From Candidatus Multivoradales bacterium (GTDB lineage Bacteria > Acidobacteriota > Thermoanaerobaculia > Multivoradales > JAHEKO01), in NCBI GenBank assembly GCA_965223155.1, contig CBDCVR010000014.1, forward strand, positions 704,001 to 768,000: a stretch of DNA of 64,000 nt, read 5' to 3'. A program made the translations under genes and the position numbers. Below the pieces are notes generated by a model, which searched no databases, was not told the origin of the DNA, and saw only the letters and a program-made list of their open reading frames with translations. This document shows positions 45,923 to 56,900 of this stretch, in pieces. The number at the start of each line of letters is the position of its first letter. Positions within the stretch are counted from its first letter, which is position 1.

Positions 45923-48840
45923 GGCAGCGGGGCTTCGAGTTCGATCCAGTTGATCTCGGCGCGCCGGTTGCTCTCGTTCCAGAGCTCATTGAACTTGACG
46001 ATCCGAACGCGCACGTCCGAGTAGTCAGTCAAGCCCGAGGCCACCGAGGCCGGGATCGCAACCCGCACCGTCGACTCCTCGAAGTCGAGATCGCGGCCCC
46101 AGTACTTGAGGGTCGTACCGCCCTGGAGCAGCATGATCCGAATCCGGACCGGCTCGTTATCGAGCGCCCGGCCGCGGACCCGAAGGACATGGCCTTCGTC
46201 GGTCCCGGGATCCGTCATCGAGGCCATCGCAAGGGTGAATGAGTCCGAGGTGCCGGCCGAGACCGAGGAGGTGACGACGTTCGTCAGATCATCGACCTGC
46301 TCGTGAACGGGTGTCGGCGAGAAGGAGTTGGTCGCGGTCGTACCGACAGCGGCCACCCGCTGGACCGGAGCGGAAACCTCGGGAACCCGAAACTCGACCT
46401 CTACGAGCTCGGCCCGGCGGTCCGAGTTGTTGCCCGAGATCTCATGGAACTTGACCACCTTGATCTGGACGTCGCCGTAGTCTTCGAGATTCGTGGCGGC
46501 TTCGGGAGGTATGGCGACTACCGCGACCGACTCCTCGAAGCCGAACTCCAGGTTCTGGTAGGTCAGCGAGGTGCTTCCCCGCATCAGGTGCACGCGCAAG
46601 GTCACCGGGGCGTTGTCGAGCGCCCGGGCCCGGACGTGGATCTCGTGCCCGAGATCGGTATCCGGGTCGCTCATCGGGGCCATGCGGACCGTCAGAGCGT
46701 CGCTCAGGCTGGTGCCGGCGGTCATGCGGGAGGTCACCACGGTGGTGGGATCGTCGAGCTGGTCATGGACCGGCTCCGAGGAGATCCAGTTCGAGCTCAG
46801 GGTCTCGACCGGATAAGCGCGCCAAGACTCGAAGTCGAGGGCCGCCGGATCCGACAGGGCTTGTCCGTAGTCGCTCGAAGCCAGGCACCGGTAGGTGCCC
46901 GCGCTCGAGGCGTCGACGTTCCGAATCGTAACCTGGGCAGTCGCGGCGCCTTCGATGCTGGCATCATCGGCCAGATCCGCGCCGTCTTTCTGCCACTGAT
47001 ACGAGAGGGTGCCATCGCCCGTTGCCGCGCACGAGAAGCTCGCCTCTCCGCCGGCGATCGCCGTCGCCGGGGCCGGCTGGCTCGTCACCTGCGGCGGGTT
47101 TCCGATAACGAGACTCGCCGAGGCCGACACGGCCTCGCCAAAGCCGTTCGCCACCCGGCAGGCATACCCGCCGGCATCGGACGCGACCAGACTCGAAACC
47201 GTCACGCTCGGAGTCGCTGAGCCCGTCACCCGGGCTCCATCCACGAGCTCGACACCGTTCCGCAGCCATTGGTAGGCGAGTGGCTCTGTCCCCGAGGCCG
47301 AGCAGGAAAACGTGGCGTTGGCGCCGATCGCGGACTCCACCGACGCCGGTTCGCCGGCGATCGCCGGAGGGTCGCCGACGGTCAGTTGCGCTGGGACCGA
47401 CTCCGCGGAGCCCCAGTCGTTGCTTACGTGGCACCGATAGCTGCCCGAGTGATCCGCGGCGACGGCCGCGAACTGAAGAGACGGAGAGGCGGTGCCCGAC
47501 AGAGTCGCGGTGTCCGAAAGCGCGGCATCGTCTTTCGTCCAGGTGAAGGCTAGCGGTCCGGTGCCCGTGGCGGTGCAAGCGAGAGTGAAGCTGGAACCGG
47601 TGGCGACTGAAGCTGCGGCCGGGCCGGCCGTAATCGACGGCGCACTACCCACCCGAACGAGTGCCGGATTCGAGGTGATGATCCCCCACTCGTTGGACAC
47701 GCCACACACGTACTCTCCGGCGTCTTCGCTCTGGACGGACTGGATGGTCAAGGTCGCCGTCGCGGTGCCCTGGAGCGTTGCTCCCGTGCCAGACGGGCCG
47801 TCCTCGAGGGCGACGCCGTCCTTGACCCAGTGATAGGTCAACGGCTCGCCGCCGGAAGCCGAGCAGGACAGGAGCCCCGTGGACCCTACGACCGCGTTGA
47901 TGGACGCCGGGTGGGTGACGATCTCGGGGTGCTTCTCGAAGCGCTCGATGCGTCCCAAGGCGGAGGAGGCTTGGGCGCGGACCTCTCCGATAGAGCTGCT
48001 TGCGATCAGGTCTCGCAGAGCCGCCTTGGTCTCCTCGTCGGCGATGCCGATGTCTCCAAGGGCTTGCGCCGCCCTGATCCGATGGCTGCTCTCAGGGTCG
48101 CTGAGCTCGGCGCGGAGAGCGTCGAGGACCTCCTGCGGTGGTTCGGGTACCGGGCCTTCGAGCGACGGCCTCCGGAACATCTGGCCCAGGGCGGTAACCG
48201 CCGCGTAGTCGGTCCGATCGTCGGCGCAGCGCAGGACGAGCTCGCCGACGACCAGTGCGTCCCGAGGCCGGATCGCCGCCAGGGCGAGGGCGGCCGGCTT
48301 CAAGACGGATTCGTCCGTCTCGATTTCGAGAACGGCCGCGATCGGCGCAAACGCGTCGACGGAAAGACCCGGCCAGTTCGCGAGGGCATAGAACAGGGTC
48401 TCTCTAACGCCAGCATCCGGGTCCGACAGGTAAGCGGTTACGTCCTCAAGATGCGAGTCAAGCTTCACCAGATTGGAAGGAGCATGCGTTGCCTGCATCT
48501 CACTGGCGCCGTAGAACACCGGACCCTTGTTCAGCATGATGGCCTTGTAGAAACCATGGGCGGCGGCGCCTCTGACGGCCGGATCCGGATCCTCCATCAG
48601 AGACGCGACGAGCGTCCAGGTTTCTTCATAGTGGTCCAGCCAGTAGGCGAAGATCTCCTCGTCCATGGCAGCCAGGCCGGCTAGGCGCGTCTCAGGATCG
48701 TCGGAAGCAAACGCGATCGCGATCGTCTCAACGAGATCGGTGGCCGAGCCCCAAACTGGGTTGCACGTCAGGCTAGCCACAATGATGGATCCGACCGCGA
48801 GGACTCGAGTCACCGAAAGGCGGACGGTCATTCGGAACAT
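45919..48840 (-). CDS. Cassette 2 gene B2: signal peptide + HEAT repeats + 4 Ig domains + conserved C-terminus
   Basis: DPDPAVRGAAA, DPDAGVRE, RIRAAQALGDIG and VRAQASSALG are HEAT-like. The C-terminal ~460 aa nearly match B1/B3. Start is ATG 48840 or 48831 (ATGA overlap with A2). Confidence 0.8.
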   Translation of the reverse strand: MFRMTVRLSVTRVLAVGSIIVASLTCNPVWGSATDLVETIAIAFASDDPETRLAGLAAMDEEIFAYWLDHYEETWTLVASLMEDPDPAVRGAAAHGFYKAIMLNKGPVFYGASEMQATHAPSNLVKLDSHLEDVTAYLSDPDAGVRETLFYALANWPGLSVDAFAPIAAVLEIETDESVLKPAALALAAIRPRDALVVGELVLRCADDRTDYAAVTALGQMFRRPSLEGPVPEPPQEVLDALRAELSDPESSHRIRAAQALGDIGIADEETKAALRDLIASSSIGEVRAQASSALGRIERFEKHPEIVTHPASINAVVGSTGLLSCSASGGEPLTYHWVKDGVALEDGPSGTGATLQGTATATLTIQSVQSEDAGEYVCGVSNEWGIITSNPALVRVGSAPSITAGPAAASVATGSSFTLACTATGTGPLAFTWTKDDAALSDTATLSGTASPSLQFAAVAADHSGSYRCHVSNDWGSAESVPAQLTVGDPPAIAGEPASVESAIGANATFSCSASGTEPLAYQWLRNGVELVDGARVTGSATPSVTVSSLVASDAGGYACRVANGFGEAVSASASLVIGNPPQVTSQPAPATAIAGGEASFSCAATGDGTLSYQWQKDGADLADDASIEGAATAQVTIRNVDASSAGTYRCLASSDYGQALSDPAALDFESWRAYPVETLSSNWISSEPVHDQLDDPTTVVTSRMTAGTSLSDALTVRMAPMSDPDTDLGHEIHVRARALDNAPVTLRVHLMRGSTSLTYQNLEFGFEESVAVVAIPPEAATNLEDYGDVQIKVVKFHEISGNNSDRRAELVEVEFRVPEVSAPVQRVAAVGTTATNSFSPTPVHEQVDDLTNVVTSSVSAGTSDSFTLAMASMTDPGTDEGHVLRVRGRALDNEPVRIRIMLLQGGTTLKYWGRDLDFEESTVRVAIPASVASGLTDYSDVRVRIVKFNELWNESNRRAEINWIELEAPLP

Positions 48841-51800
48841 GGGATCGTCCCTTCTATGCGGCCGGTGACTACTTCCCGGGTGCGGTTTGCTAGGCACCTG
48901 AAGAACTCAAGGGGTGGGATCGTCGCCGGACGGGTCGCGGGATAGTGATGGACAAGTTCGTCTGCTACGTAGACCTCGTGTGCCGGGACACAGTCATGCT
49001 GACCCTCGAGGGCCCAGGTCAGAGAGCCGTCTGCATTGCGGCGCAGGGTCATATCGTAGTAGTAGCGGATCGGCGGAGCGAAGAACAACAAGGGATCGCT
49101 GGCTTCTCCGCTGATTCTCAGCGCTAGCAATCCCCCGGCCGACACCTCAGATTTCACCTGCATCTGTCCGATGTCAGCGCGGCCGTGGCGGTTGAAAAGG
49201 TAGCAGTCCCTCTCCTTGTTATCGTAGTCGCCTCCGTTCTCGGGCAGCCGAAAATCGACGCGTCCGTCGCCCTCCAGAGTCGAATCCTTGTGAAACTCCA
49301 TTGTCGGGCCGGCGGAAGGGAAGTTCGCGACGTGAAAGTCGGAAGAGTCAAGATCGACTCGAATGATCTGCTGGGTTCGGTACTTTTCCTTTCGGGTCGG
49401 ATGATTCGTCCCCGGGTGCTCCGGAAGCCCAACCGTTACCGGATCGCTTTCCAGCCATCGGTCATCTCCAGTGTGGATCGTGGTCTGAGGGACAGGCAGG
49501 ATAGGTGGCGTACACAGACCGACTCCGACCGGCAGATCCACATAGTTCGTCGGGATGAAGGTCCTGATCTCGATCTCCACCTCTTCGCCGGTACAGGACG
49601 TGGCACAGGTGACGTGGGTGTCCGCGACGTCCTCGTCCCCGGTGTCGAAGTCCGTAAAGCCGCTGCCGATGGCGCGGGCGCTGAGGACGCCGTCTCGGGG
49701 AGCGCTCTGCTGGCAGCCGCACTCCCTGGGAATGGCGACTTCCACCCGCTTGACGCCGGTGGGCGGACGGTTGGGATCTTCAGGTTCTCCATCCACGATC
49801 GAGATCTCGACAACCTTGACACAGGCATCGCTGTGGCGCACGGAGAAGGACTCCATGTCTCCGGTGGGCTCGGTCTCGGTCGGAGGCTCTTCGCGCTGGA
49901 CTCCGAAACACCATTCCTTGGTGAACATGTAGCCCCGCACCAGCGGGATCGTGATGCGGGCTTCCGCCCGGATGCAGAGATCGATGTTGTAGCCCCACTC
50001 GAAGGTCCCGGTGAGCGGTTCAAAGAAGACGCAGACGACGACGGCCCCCTCGACCTCGATCCGGGCATGGGTCTGCAGAACGGTCGCGTCAAGAACCCGT
50101 CCGATCTCGGGAACAAGATTGACCACATCGCCGGGCAGAACCGCGGCCGCCGTCTGCAGGTCCTCGAGAATCAGTTGCGTCGAAGTGTGATTGATGACGT
50201 TGTAGCGGAAGTTCTTGTCGTAGCAACCCGCGAAGAAGGCGTTTTCCGGAATCGTCGATTTGGGATTCGTAAAGTCCCCGTAGGTCGCGGGCGTCTGGAA
50301 GCGTGCGCCTCCGAGGGTCCGAGTCGCCGGAGAGCCACCGGACAAAGATGCAAGCACGCGGAGCGGAAGGCTGACGGAGCCGGCCGACGTCATGACCGAC
50401 AGTTCGCGCTCGCCGGTCGACGCGTCATCCTCCACGGACAGGACAGCCGATATCCCATTGGTTTCGGCGTGGACCGAGTGGAGCTGAATGCCAGAGCTGG
50501 AAGTGGAAATCGAGCCGCCACCTAGATTCGCACCAACGATGTGAAGCACGTAGGTCTCACCTCGGGCGACCTCGCTCGGTGTGTAGGTGTCCACCACCGG
50601 TCCGGGAGCAAGGACGCGGACGAGTGCCGACTCAACGCCACCGGCGGTCTCGATCGTCAGGACATGAAAGCCGGTCTCGGTCGCCCCTCGAGTATCGACG
50701 TCGAAGGCCAGCTGCTGGCCGGACGAAGTCACGGCGCTGGCGAGGGGAGTGCTCGCCGGATCGCCGGTCGCCGGCCGGGCAAAGGAGACCTCGGCGCCCG
50801 AGAGGCCCGATCCCGTGAGACTGGCGCGCGTCACCGCTCCCAGGGGCACGACGATGAGCTCGGAGTCAACCATCGGCAGGGCAGTGGACGGATCGACGAC
50901 CTTGACCACAGTGCTCTCGGTCTCGCCGAACGCGTCTCCGCTCACCGTCTCCATCTGCCACTGGATGACTTGGTTGCCTAGCGTTGCCGTCGTCGGGATC
51001 GTGACCTCGAAGACGAACGAGTGCGAACCAGATTCGTCGATCTGTGCACCTGCCGGCAGCTCCACGCTCGCCGGGAAGAAGTCGAGGTCGGCGTCGACGG
51101 CCAGCCGATGGGTGCCGGCCTGCCAAGTCGAGGTGCCGTTGTTGGCAACACTTACTGAGATCGTATGGGTCGAGCCGAGTGCCATCGGAGACGGAACGTT
51201 GGCCGAGACGATGTCGGCGTCGTTGGCCCCCGTCTGGCAGGTCACCTCGATGGGATGAGAGACGACGACGCCGAACCAGCCGACGCCCTCGTTGACCATC
51301 TGCCATTCCGTCACATAGCTTCCGGGCTGCGACGGCGCGGTCAAGGCGACCGAGAACGAATGCTGGGATTGCGGGGCGATCGAGGCGCTTGTGGGCAGCT
51401 GAACCCGAGTCGCATCGGCCCGGAACGGGTCGCTTCCTCCCGTCGGGCCTAGTTTGTAGCCGTCCGCCCGTGTCCAGACCGTGTCGCCCGTGTTCTTCAT
51501 CGTGACGGCATAGGTCCCCACTTCGCCACAGGCCATCTGCGACGGCAAGTTGTGGGCCAAGGCCTCTGCACCGTCCTGACAGGTCACGGTGATGGTCTTT
51601 GAGACCTTCTCGCCGAACCACTGCCCGTTCTCGACCATCTGCCACTCGGTGGTGAGAGTCGTTGCCGTCTCGGGCGCAACCAGCGAGACGTCAAAGGTGT
51701 GGGAGCCGTTCTCTTCGATCGCGAGGCTCGCCGGCAGGTGGACCCGGGCGCCGCTCGGGTTGAAGGGATCGCTGTCTCCGGTGACGCCCAATTGATGACC

Positions 51801-52766
51801 GCCGGCAGCGGTCCAGGGTTTCGAGCCGCCGTTGCGAAGCGTCACCTCGCGCACCAGGGTCGAGCCGCAGGTCATCACATCCGGCAGAGTGTCCGAGACC
51901 CGGGTCGCGCCGTTGACGCAATCGACGTCGATCCTGGCAGTCACCAGCGGGCCGAAGGGTTCGCCGTTGTGCTCCATCTGCCAGAGGGTCATGACGTCGT
52001 TCTGGTGGGTGTCGCTCGGGGCCTGGAGGGGAACCTTGAAAGGGTACTGGCCTCCGCCGCGACCGACCGTGACATTGCTCGGCAAGCGCACCGGAGCGCC
52101 GGACGGATTGAAGGCGTCGCTCGTGCCCACGTTGGCGAGATAGAACCCAGCCGCGTCGGTCCAGTCGGTCGAGCCCATGTTCTGGAGCGTCACCGTGGCT
52201 TCGTCTTCCGAAGAGCAGTTCATCGCCGCCGGGAACGCCTCGGCGGCGAGGACCGCGTGATCCCCACAGACGACGTTGATGTCCTTGAAGACGATCGAAC
52301 CGAACCATTCGACCCCCTGCTCGGCCATCTGCCACTCCGTGCGCACGACGCCGTGGACGTCCGGGGCGGTCAACTCGACGGTGAACGTGTGCCGCTGTCC
52401 CGGAGCGATGGTCGTGCCTACGGGGAGCCGGACCTTGTTGCCGTTCGGCCGAAACGGATCGTCGTTGTCCGTGACCCCGAGCCGGTGCCCGTTCGTACCG
52501 TCCTCGGTCCAGTCGCCCGTACCGACGTTCTCGAGCCGAATCGTGAACGACTCGGTGTCGCCGCAGTACATCGCGTCCGGCAGGTTCTGCGAGACGACAA
52601 GAGCATCATTGACGTCGGCGCCGACCGGCGGATCCTCTGGCCCCGGGTCGGGCTCCTGGGCGGTGGCGACCGCGGCTGCCGCGAGCACGGCTGCGCAGGC
52701 TCGCCCGATTCTTCGGTATCGGCGGGAGGGGCTAGCCTTCTGTCGTCCCATCCCAACCCACTCCAT
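48828..52766 (-). CDS. Cassette 2 gene A2: secreted NBR1-like Ig-repeat protein with C-terminal DUF3238-like domain
   Basis: First ~590 aa nearly identical to A1/A3; middle homologous but diverged; last ~250 aa unrelated, with TFIP, GDDR, YRTQQ, ASDPL..APPI.Y and GQHDCVPAHEVY resembling DUF3238 from memory. Confidence 0.75.
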   Translation of the reverse strand: MEWVGMGRQKASPSRRYRRIGRACAAVLAAAAVATAQEPDPGPEDPPVGADVNDALVVSQNLPDAMYCGDTESFTIRLENVGTGDWTEDGTNGHRLGVTDNDDPFRPNGNKVRLPVGTTIAPGQRHTFTVELTAPDVHGVVRTEWQMAEQGVEWFGSIVFKDINVVCGDHAVLAAEAFPAAMNCSSEDEATVTLQNMGSTDWTDAAGFYLANVGTSDAFNPSGAPVRLPSNVTVGRGGGQYPFKVPLQAPSDTHQNDVMTLWQMEHNGEPFGPLVTARIDVDCVNGATRVSDTLPDVMTCGSTLVREVTLRNGGSKPWTAAGGHQLGVTGDSDPFNPSGARVHLPASLAIEENGSHTFDVSLVAPETATTLTTEWQMVENGQWFGEKVSKTITVTCQDGAEALAHNLPSQMACGEVGTYAVTMKNTGDTVWTRADGYKLGPTGGSDPFRADATRVQLPTSASIAPQSQHSFSVALTAPSQPGSYVTEWQMVNEGVGWFGVVVSHPIEVTCQTGANDADIVSANVPSPMALGSTHTISVSVANNGTSTWQAGTHRLAVDADLDFFPASVELPAGAQIDESGSHSFVFEVTIPTTATLGNQVIQWQMETVSGDAFGETESTVVKVVDPSTALPMVDSELIVVPLGAVTRASLTGSGLSGAEVSFARPATGDPASTPLASAVTSSGQQLAFDVDTRGATETGFHVLTIETAGGVESALVRVLAPGPVVDTYTPSEVARGETYVLHIVGANLGGGSISTSSSGIQLHSVHAETNGISAVLSVEDDASTGERELSVMTSAGSVSLPLRVLASLSGGSPATRTLGGARFQTPATYGDFTNPKSTIPENAFFAGCYDKNFRYNVINHTSTQLILEDLQTAAAVLPGDVVNLVPEIGRVLDATVLQTHARIEVEGAVVVCVFFEPLTGTFEWGYNIDLCIRAEARITIPLVRGYMFTKEWCFGVQREEPPTETEPTGDMESFSVRHSDACVKVVEISIVDGEPEDPNRPPTGVKRVEVAIPRECGCQQSAPRDGVLSARAIGSGFTDFDTGDEDVADTHVTCATSCTGEEVEIEIRTFIPTNYVDLPVGVGLCTPPILPVPQTTIHTGDDRWLESDPVTVGLPEHPGTNHPTRKEKYRTQQIIRVDLDSSDFHVANFPSAGPTMEFHKDSTLEGDGRVDFRLPENGGDYDNKERDCYLFNRHGRADIGQMQVKSEVSAGGLLALRISGEASDPLLFFAPPIRYYYDMTLRRNADGSLTWALEGQHDCVPAHEVYVADELVHHYPATRPATIPPLEFFRCLANRTREVVTGRIEGTIPCSE

Positions 52767-52882
52767 CGTTGGTCACGGGCTGGAATGCGTTGGCGGACGA
52801 CGACTCGCGGCTCAGAAAGCCCTGAGAGCGACGGGCTCGCGCCGCCGGAGAACCGACACAACCATTACCAACCACGGAACAC

Positions 52883-52911
52883 AGGGTAGTGGCAACCGTT
52901 GTGATTCGCAA
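52883..52911 (-). promoter_or_regulatory. Putative sigma70 promoter, cassette 2
   Basis: Identical to 44869-44897. Confidence 0.55.
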
Positions 52912-53039
52912 GTCAATTTCAAGGCGAAGCCCCAAACGGCCCGACATCCTGAAGCCGAATCGGATGGGGTGAAGACAGGTCGAGCCCGAAACGGCGGCCC
53001 TTCCTAGCGCCGTATTCGACCGGCGGCGGCCGGGCCGCC

Positions 53040-53936
53040 CGAGCATCGCAAGCGGTGGACCTCTTGCTGGGCCGCGTCGAAAGCCGACCGGACGCCGTTT
53101 TGCAGCTCGGGCTCGCCCAGTATCAGAGCGGCGACCTGGACGGGGCGCTGGCTACCCTCGAGCCGGCCGCGGCGGCGCTGCTGGCTCGCCTCCAAGCCGG
53201 TCAGCCCGCCGGCGAATACCCCACGGCTCTCCTCATCGAGTACGGCCGCTTCCTGGTTCTGGGCGGCCGCCATGCCGAAGCGCTCCCCTATCTCGAGACC
53301 GCTACCAAGGTGGTCCCGGACAGGAAGCAGGGCTGGCAGCAGCTAGGTCAAGCCCTGGCCGCGGTCGGCCGCCGGGACGAGGCGCGAGCCGCCCTCGACC
53401 AGTTCCAGAGCATCGTCCAGAACGAGGTTCCCGGATCGCTACGCAACATCCGGCTCAAGGGCGGCTTTGAAGATCCCGTCGATCGCGAGCTCCGCCGCGC
53501 GTACCTGCTCATGCTCCAGGATCAAGGCGCCGAAGCGCTCGAGATCGTGCAACGGGAGGCTCGCCTGGCGCCCGAGGATCCCCGACCCCGCTTGCTCGAA
53601 GCCCGCATCTATCTCGCCCAAGAGGACTTCGACGCCGCGGCGGCCGCCGCCGAGGCTCTCGTCGCTGGACTTCCGGGTAACGCAGACGCCCTCTACATCC
53701 GCGGCACCACGCGCATGGCGCGGCAGGACATGGAGGGCGCCGAGAGCGACCTGCGCAACGCCCTCGAGCTCCATCCCGAGCACACCGCCGCCCTCAACGA
53801 CCTGGCCGTCCTGCTCATGGACACCGACCGGGGCCAGGAAGCTCGCGGCCTCCTGGAACGAGCGCTCGAGATCCGTCCCGACGACACCCTCGCGCGCGAG
53901 AACCTGAACAAGCTCGACGCCGGCGGCTCGGGCTAG
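53040..53936 (+). pseudogene. 3' half of the TPR gene (5'-truncated copy 3)
   Basis: Translation identical to 45041-45922; offset 8014. Confidence 0.75.
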
Positions 53937-56900
53937 GGCAGCGGGGCTTCGAGTTCGATCCAGTTGATCTCGGCGCGCCGGTTGCTCTCGTTCCAGAGCT
54001 CATTGAACTTGACGATCCGAACGCGCACGTCCGAGTAGTCAGTCAAGCCCGAGGCCACCGAGGCCGGGATCGCAACCCGCACCGTCGACTCCTCGAAGTC
54101 GAGATCGCGGCCCCAGTACTTGAGGGTCGTACCGCCCTGGAGCAGCATGATCCGAATCCGGACCGGCTCGTTATCGAGCGCCCGGCCGCGGACCCGAAGG
54201 ACATGGCCTTCGTCGGTCCCGGGATCCGTCATCGAGGCCATCGCAAGGGTGAATGAGTCCGAGGTGCCGGCCGAGACCGAGGAGGTGACGACGTTCGTCA
54301 GATCATCGACCTGCTCGTGAACGGGTGTCGGCGAGAAGGAGTTGGTCGCGGTCGTACCGACAGCGGCCACCCGCTGGACCGGAGCGGAAACCTCGGGAAC
54401 CCGAAACTCGACCTCTACGAGCTCGGCCCGGCGGTCCGAGTTGTTGCCCGAGATCTCATGGAACTTGACCACCTTGATCTGGACGTCGCCGTAGTCTTCG
54501 AGATTCGTGGCGGCTTCGGGAGGTATGGCGACTACCGCGACCGACTCCTCGAAGCCGAACTCGAGGTTCTGGTAGGTCAGCGAGGTGCTTCCCCGCATCA
54601 GGTGCACGCGCAAGGTCACCGGGGCGTTGTCGAGCGCCCGGGCCCGGACGTGGATCTCGTGCCCGAGATCGGTATCCGGGTCGCTCATCGGGGCCATGCG
54701 GACCGTCAGAGCGTCGCTCAGGCTGGTGCCGGCGGTCATGCGGGAGGTCACCACGGTGGTGGGATCGTCGAGCTGGTCATGGACCGGCTCCGAGGAGATC
54801 CAGTTCGAGCTCAGGGTCTCGACCGGATAAGCGCGCCAAGACTCGAAGTCGAGGGCCGCCGGATCCGACAGGGCTTGTCCGTAGTCGCTCGAAGCCAGGC
54901 ACCGGTAGGTGCCCGCGCTCGAGGCGTCGACGTTCCGAATCGTAACCTGGGCAGTCGCGGCGCCTTCGATGCTGGCATCATCGGCCAGATCCGCGCCGTC
55001 TTTCTGCCACTGATACGAGAGGGTGCCATCGCCCGTTGCCGCGCACGAGAAGCTCGCCTCTCCGCCGGCGATCGCCGTCGCCGGGGCCGGCTGGCTCGTC
55101 ACCTGCGGCGGGTTTCCAATGACGAGACTCGCGGAAACGGACGTCACCTCGCCAAAGCCGTTCGCCACCCGGCAGGAATACCCGCCCGCATCGGACGCGA
55201 CCAGACTCGACACCGTCACGCTCGGAGTCGCTGAGCCCGTCACTCGGGCGCCATCCACGAGCTCGACGCCATTCCGCAACCATTGGTAGGCGAGCGGCTC
55301 CGAGCCCGAGGCCGAGCAGGAAAACGTGGCGCTCGTGCCGACAAGGGTCGAGACGCTTGCGGGACTTGTGGTGACAATTGGCGCTGACCCGACCGAGACC
55401 AAGGCCTGGGCCGAGATCGCCTCGCCCCAGTCGTTGGCGACGCGGCAGCTGTACTGTCCGGAATCGCTCCCAACTGCGTTGGAGATCGTCAAGGCTTGAG
55501 TCGAAGCGCCCGTGACACGGCCGCCGTCCACAATCGCCTGCCCGTCTTTGTGCCAGGAGTAGGCCAAAGGCTCCGTCCCGGCTGCGAGGCAGGACAACGA
55601 AACGGAGGAACCTTCGGACACAGCCTGAGGTGCCGGCCCTTCGGTCAGATGCGGCCGAACGGCGACGGTAAGCTCTGCGGGAGCCGAGATAGCTTCGCCA
55701 AACTCGTTCGAGACCTTGCACGAATACGCCCCGGCATCGCCGCTGGAAACCGAGTCGATTGTCAGCACAGGGGTCTCGGCTCCCGGAATGCCCTCGTCGC
55801 ACAGCGACACGCTGTCCCGCCACCAGCAGACGTAGGCGGGATGGTCGCTGTAGTAGTCACAGGTCAGCGAAACCGATTGCCCGGCCAGAACCGTCTGATC
55901 CACCGGCTGGTAGGTCAGCACCGGGGCATGCTCGTTGTCCGCCGGAGGCGCGGCGCCATTGCACAGGACGGTGCGCTCAATTCCCTCCAACTCGGCAAAA
56001 AGGTTCTGGCCGAACACGGCATCAGCTCGTATTGCGACTTTGGCTGGGGCGGCCGGAGTGGTATAGGAGACACTTAAGTTCAAAGTCTCGCCCGGGGAAA
56101 CTGGCCCGAGGGTCGAAAGATCGGCTTCGAGCAAGATAGGGTCGTGCATCGCGCCGTGCACAACCGCGCGAAGCTCATACCCGTCCTCGACTGTCCAAGT
56201 TGACGTGCCGTCGTTCAGGAAAGAAGCAACAAAGTCGTACGTCGTACTGCACTCGAGAACAGCGGGGATCGGCCCGGCTGAAAGTCGCGCGGAATCTCTA
56301 TCCCCGGTTTCCTGGGACGCCGAGAGCAGTGCTTCTGCCGAGTGCGAGTTCAGGATGGCGTTCGTTGCGAGGATGACGTCACCTTCGCCGGCCCAAAACA
56401 GAAAGGCCCGTTCCAGGACGGCGCGGTCAGCCGCGAGATCGATGATGTAGGTCACGTCTCGGTAGGCACTGAGGCTTCCCCGAACCGCGATCTTGGAGTC
56501 GTCAATCCACCACCAGGACTCGTCGCTCCATTCCGGGTAGAGTCGTCCTTCATCGAAGACGGACAGCGTCTCGACGAGATTTTCCCCTGTGGCCCTTTCG
56601 AAGATCCCGTAGAGGCCCGAAGCCCCGCCTTGAACATAGTGAGTCCCTCCTGGTGAGAGTCGGTCAAGGTAAGGGGATTGGTCGGCAGACGGGCTCCAGA
56701 CTGCGTTCGCCTCCCGCTCTAGCCGCATCTCGTCCTCGAACTGGGGATCGTCATAGCGCACAACCAAGGATCCCTCGGGTTCCCAGTGGACTTCAATTCC
56801 GCCCTCGAGAACCGATTCGACGACCCAGCCGTCCGTGGCGACGACTGCCGTTTGGCGGTTCATGAAGCGGTCGCTCTCAGCGTCTTCCCCCAATAAGATC

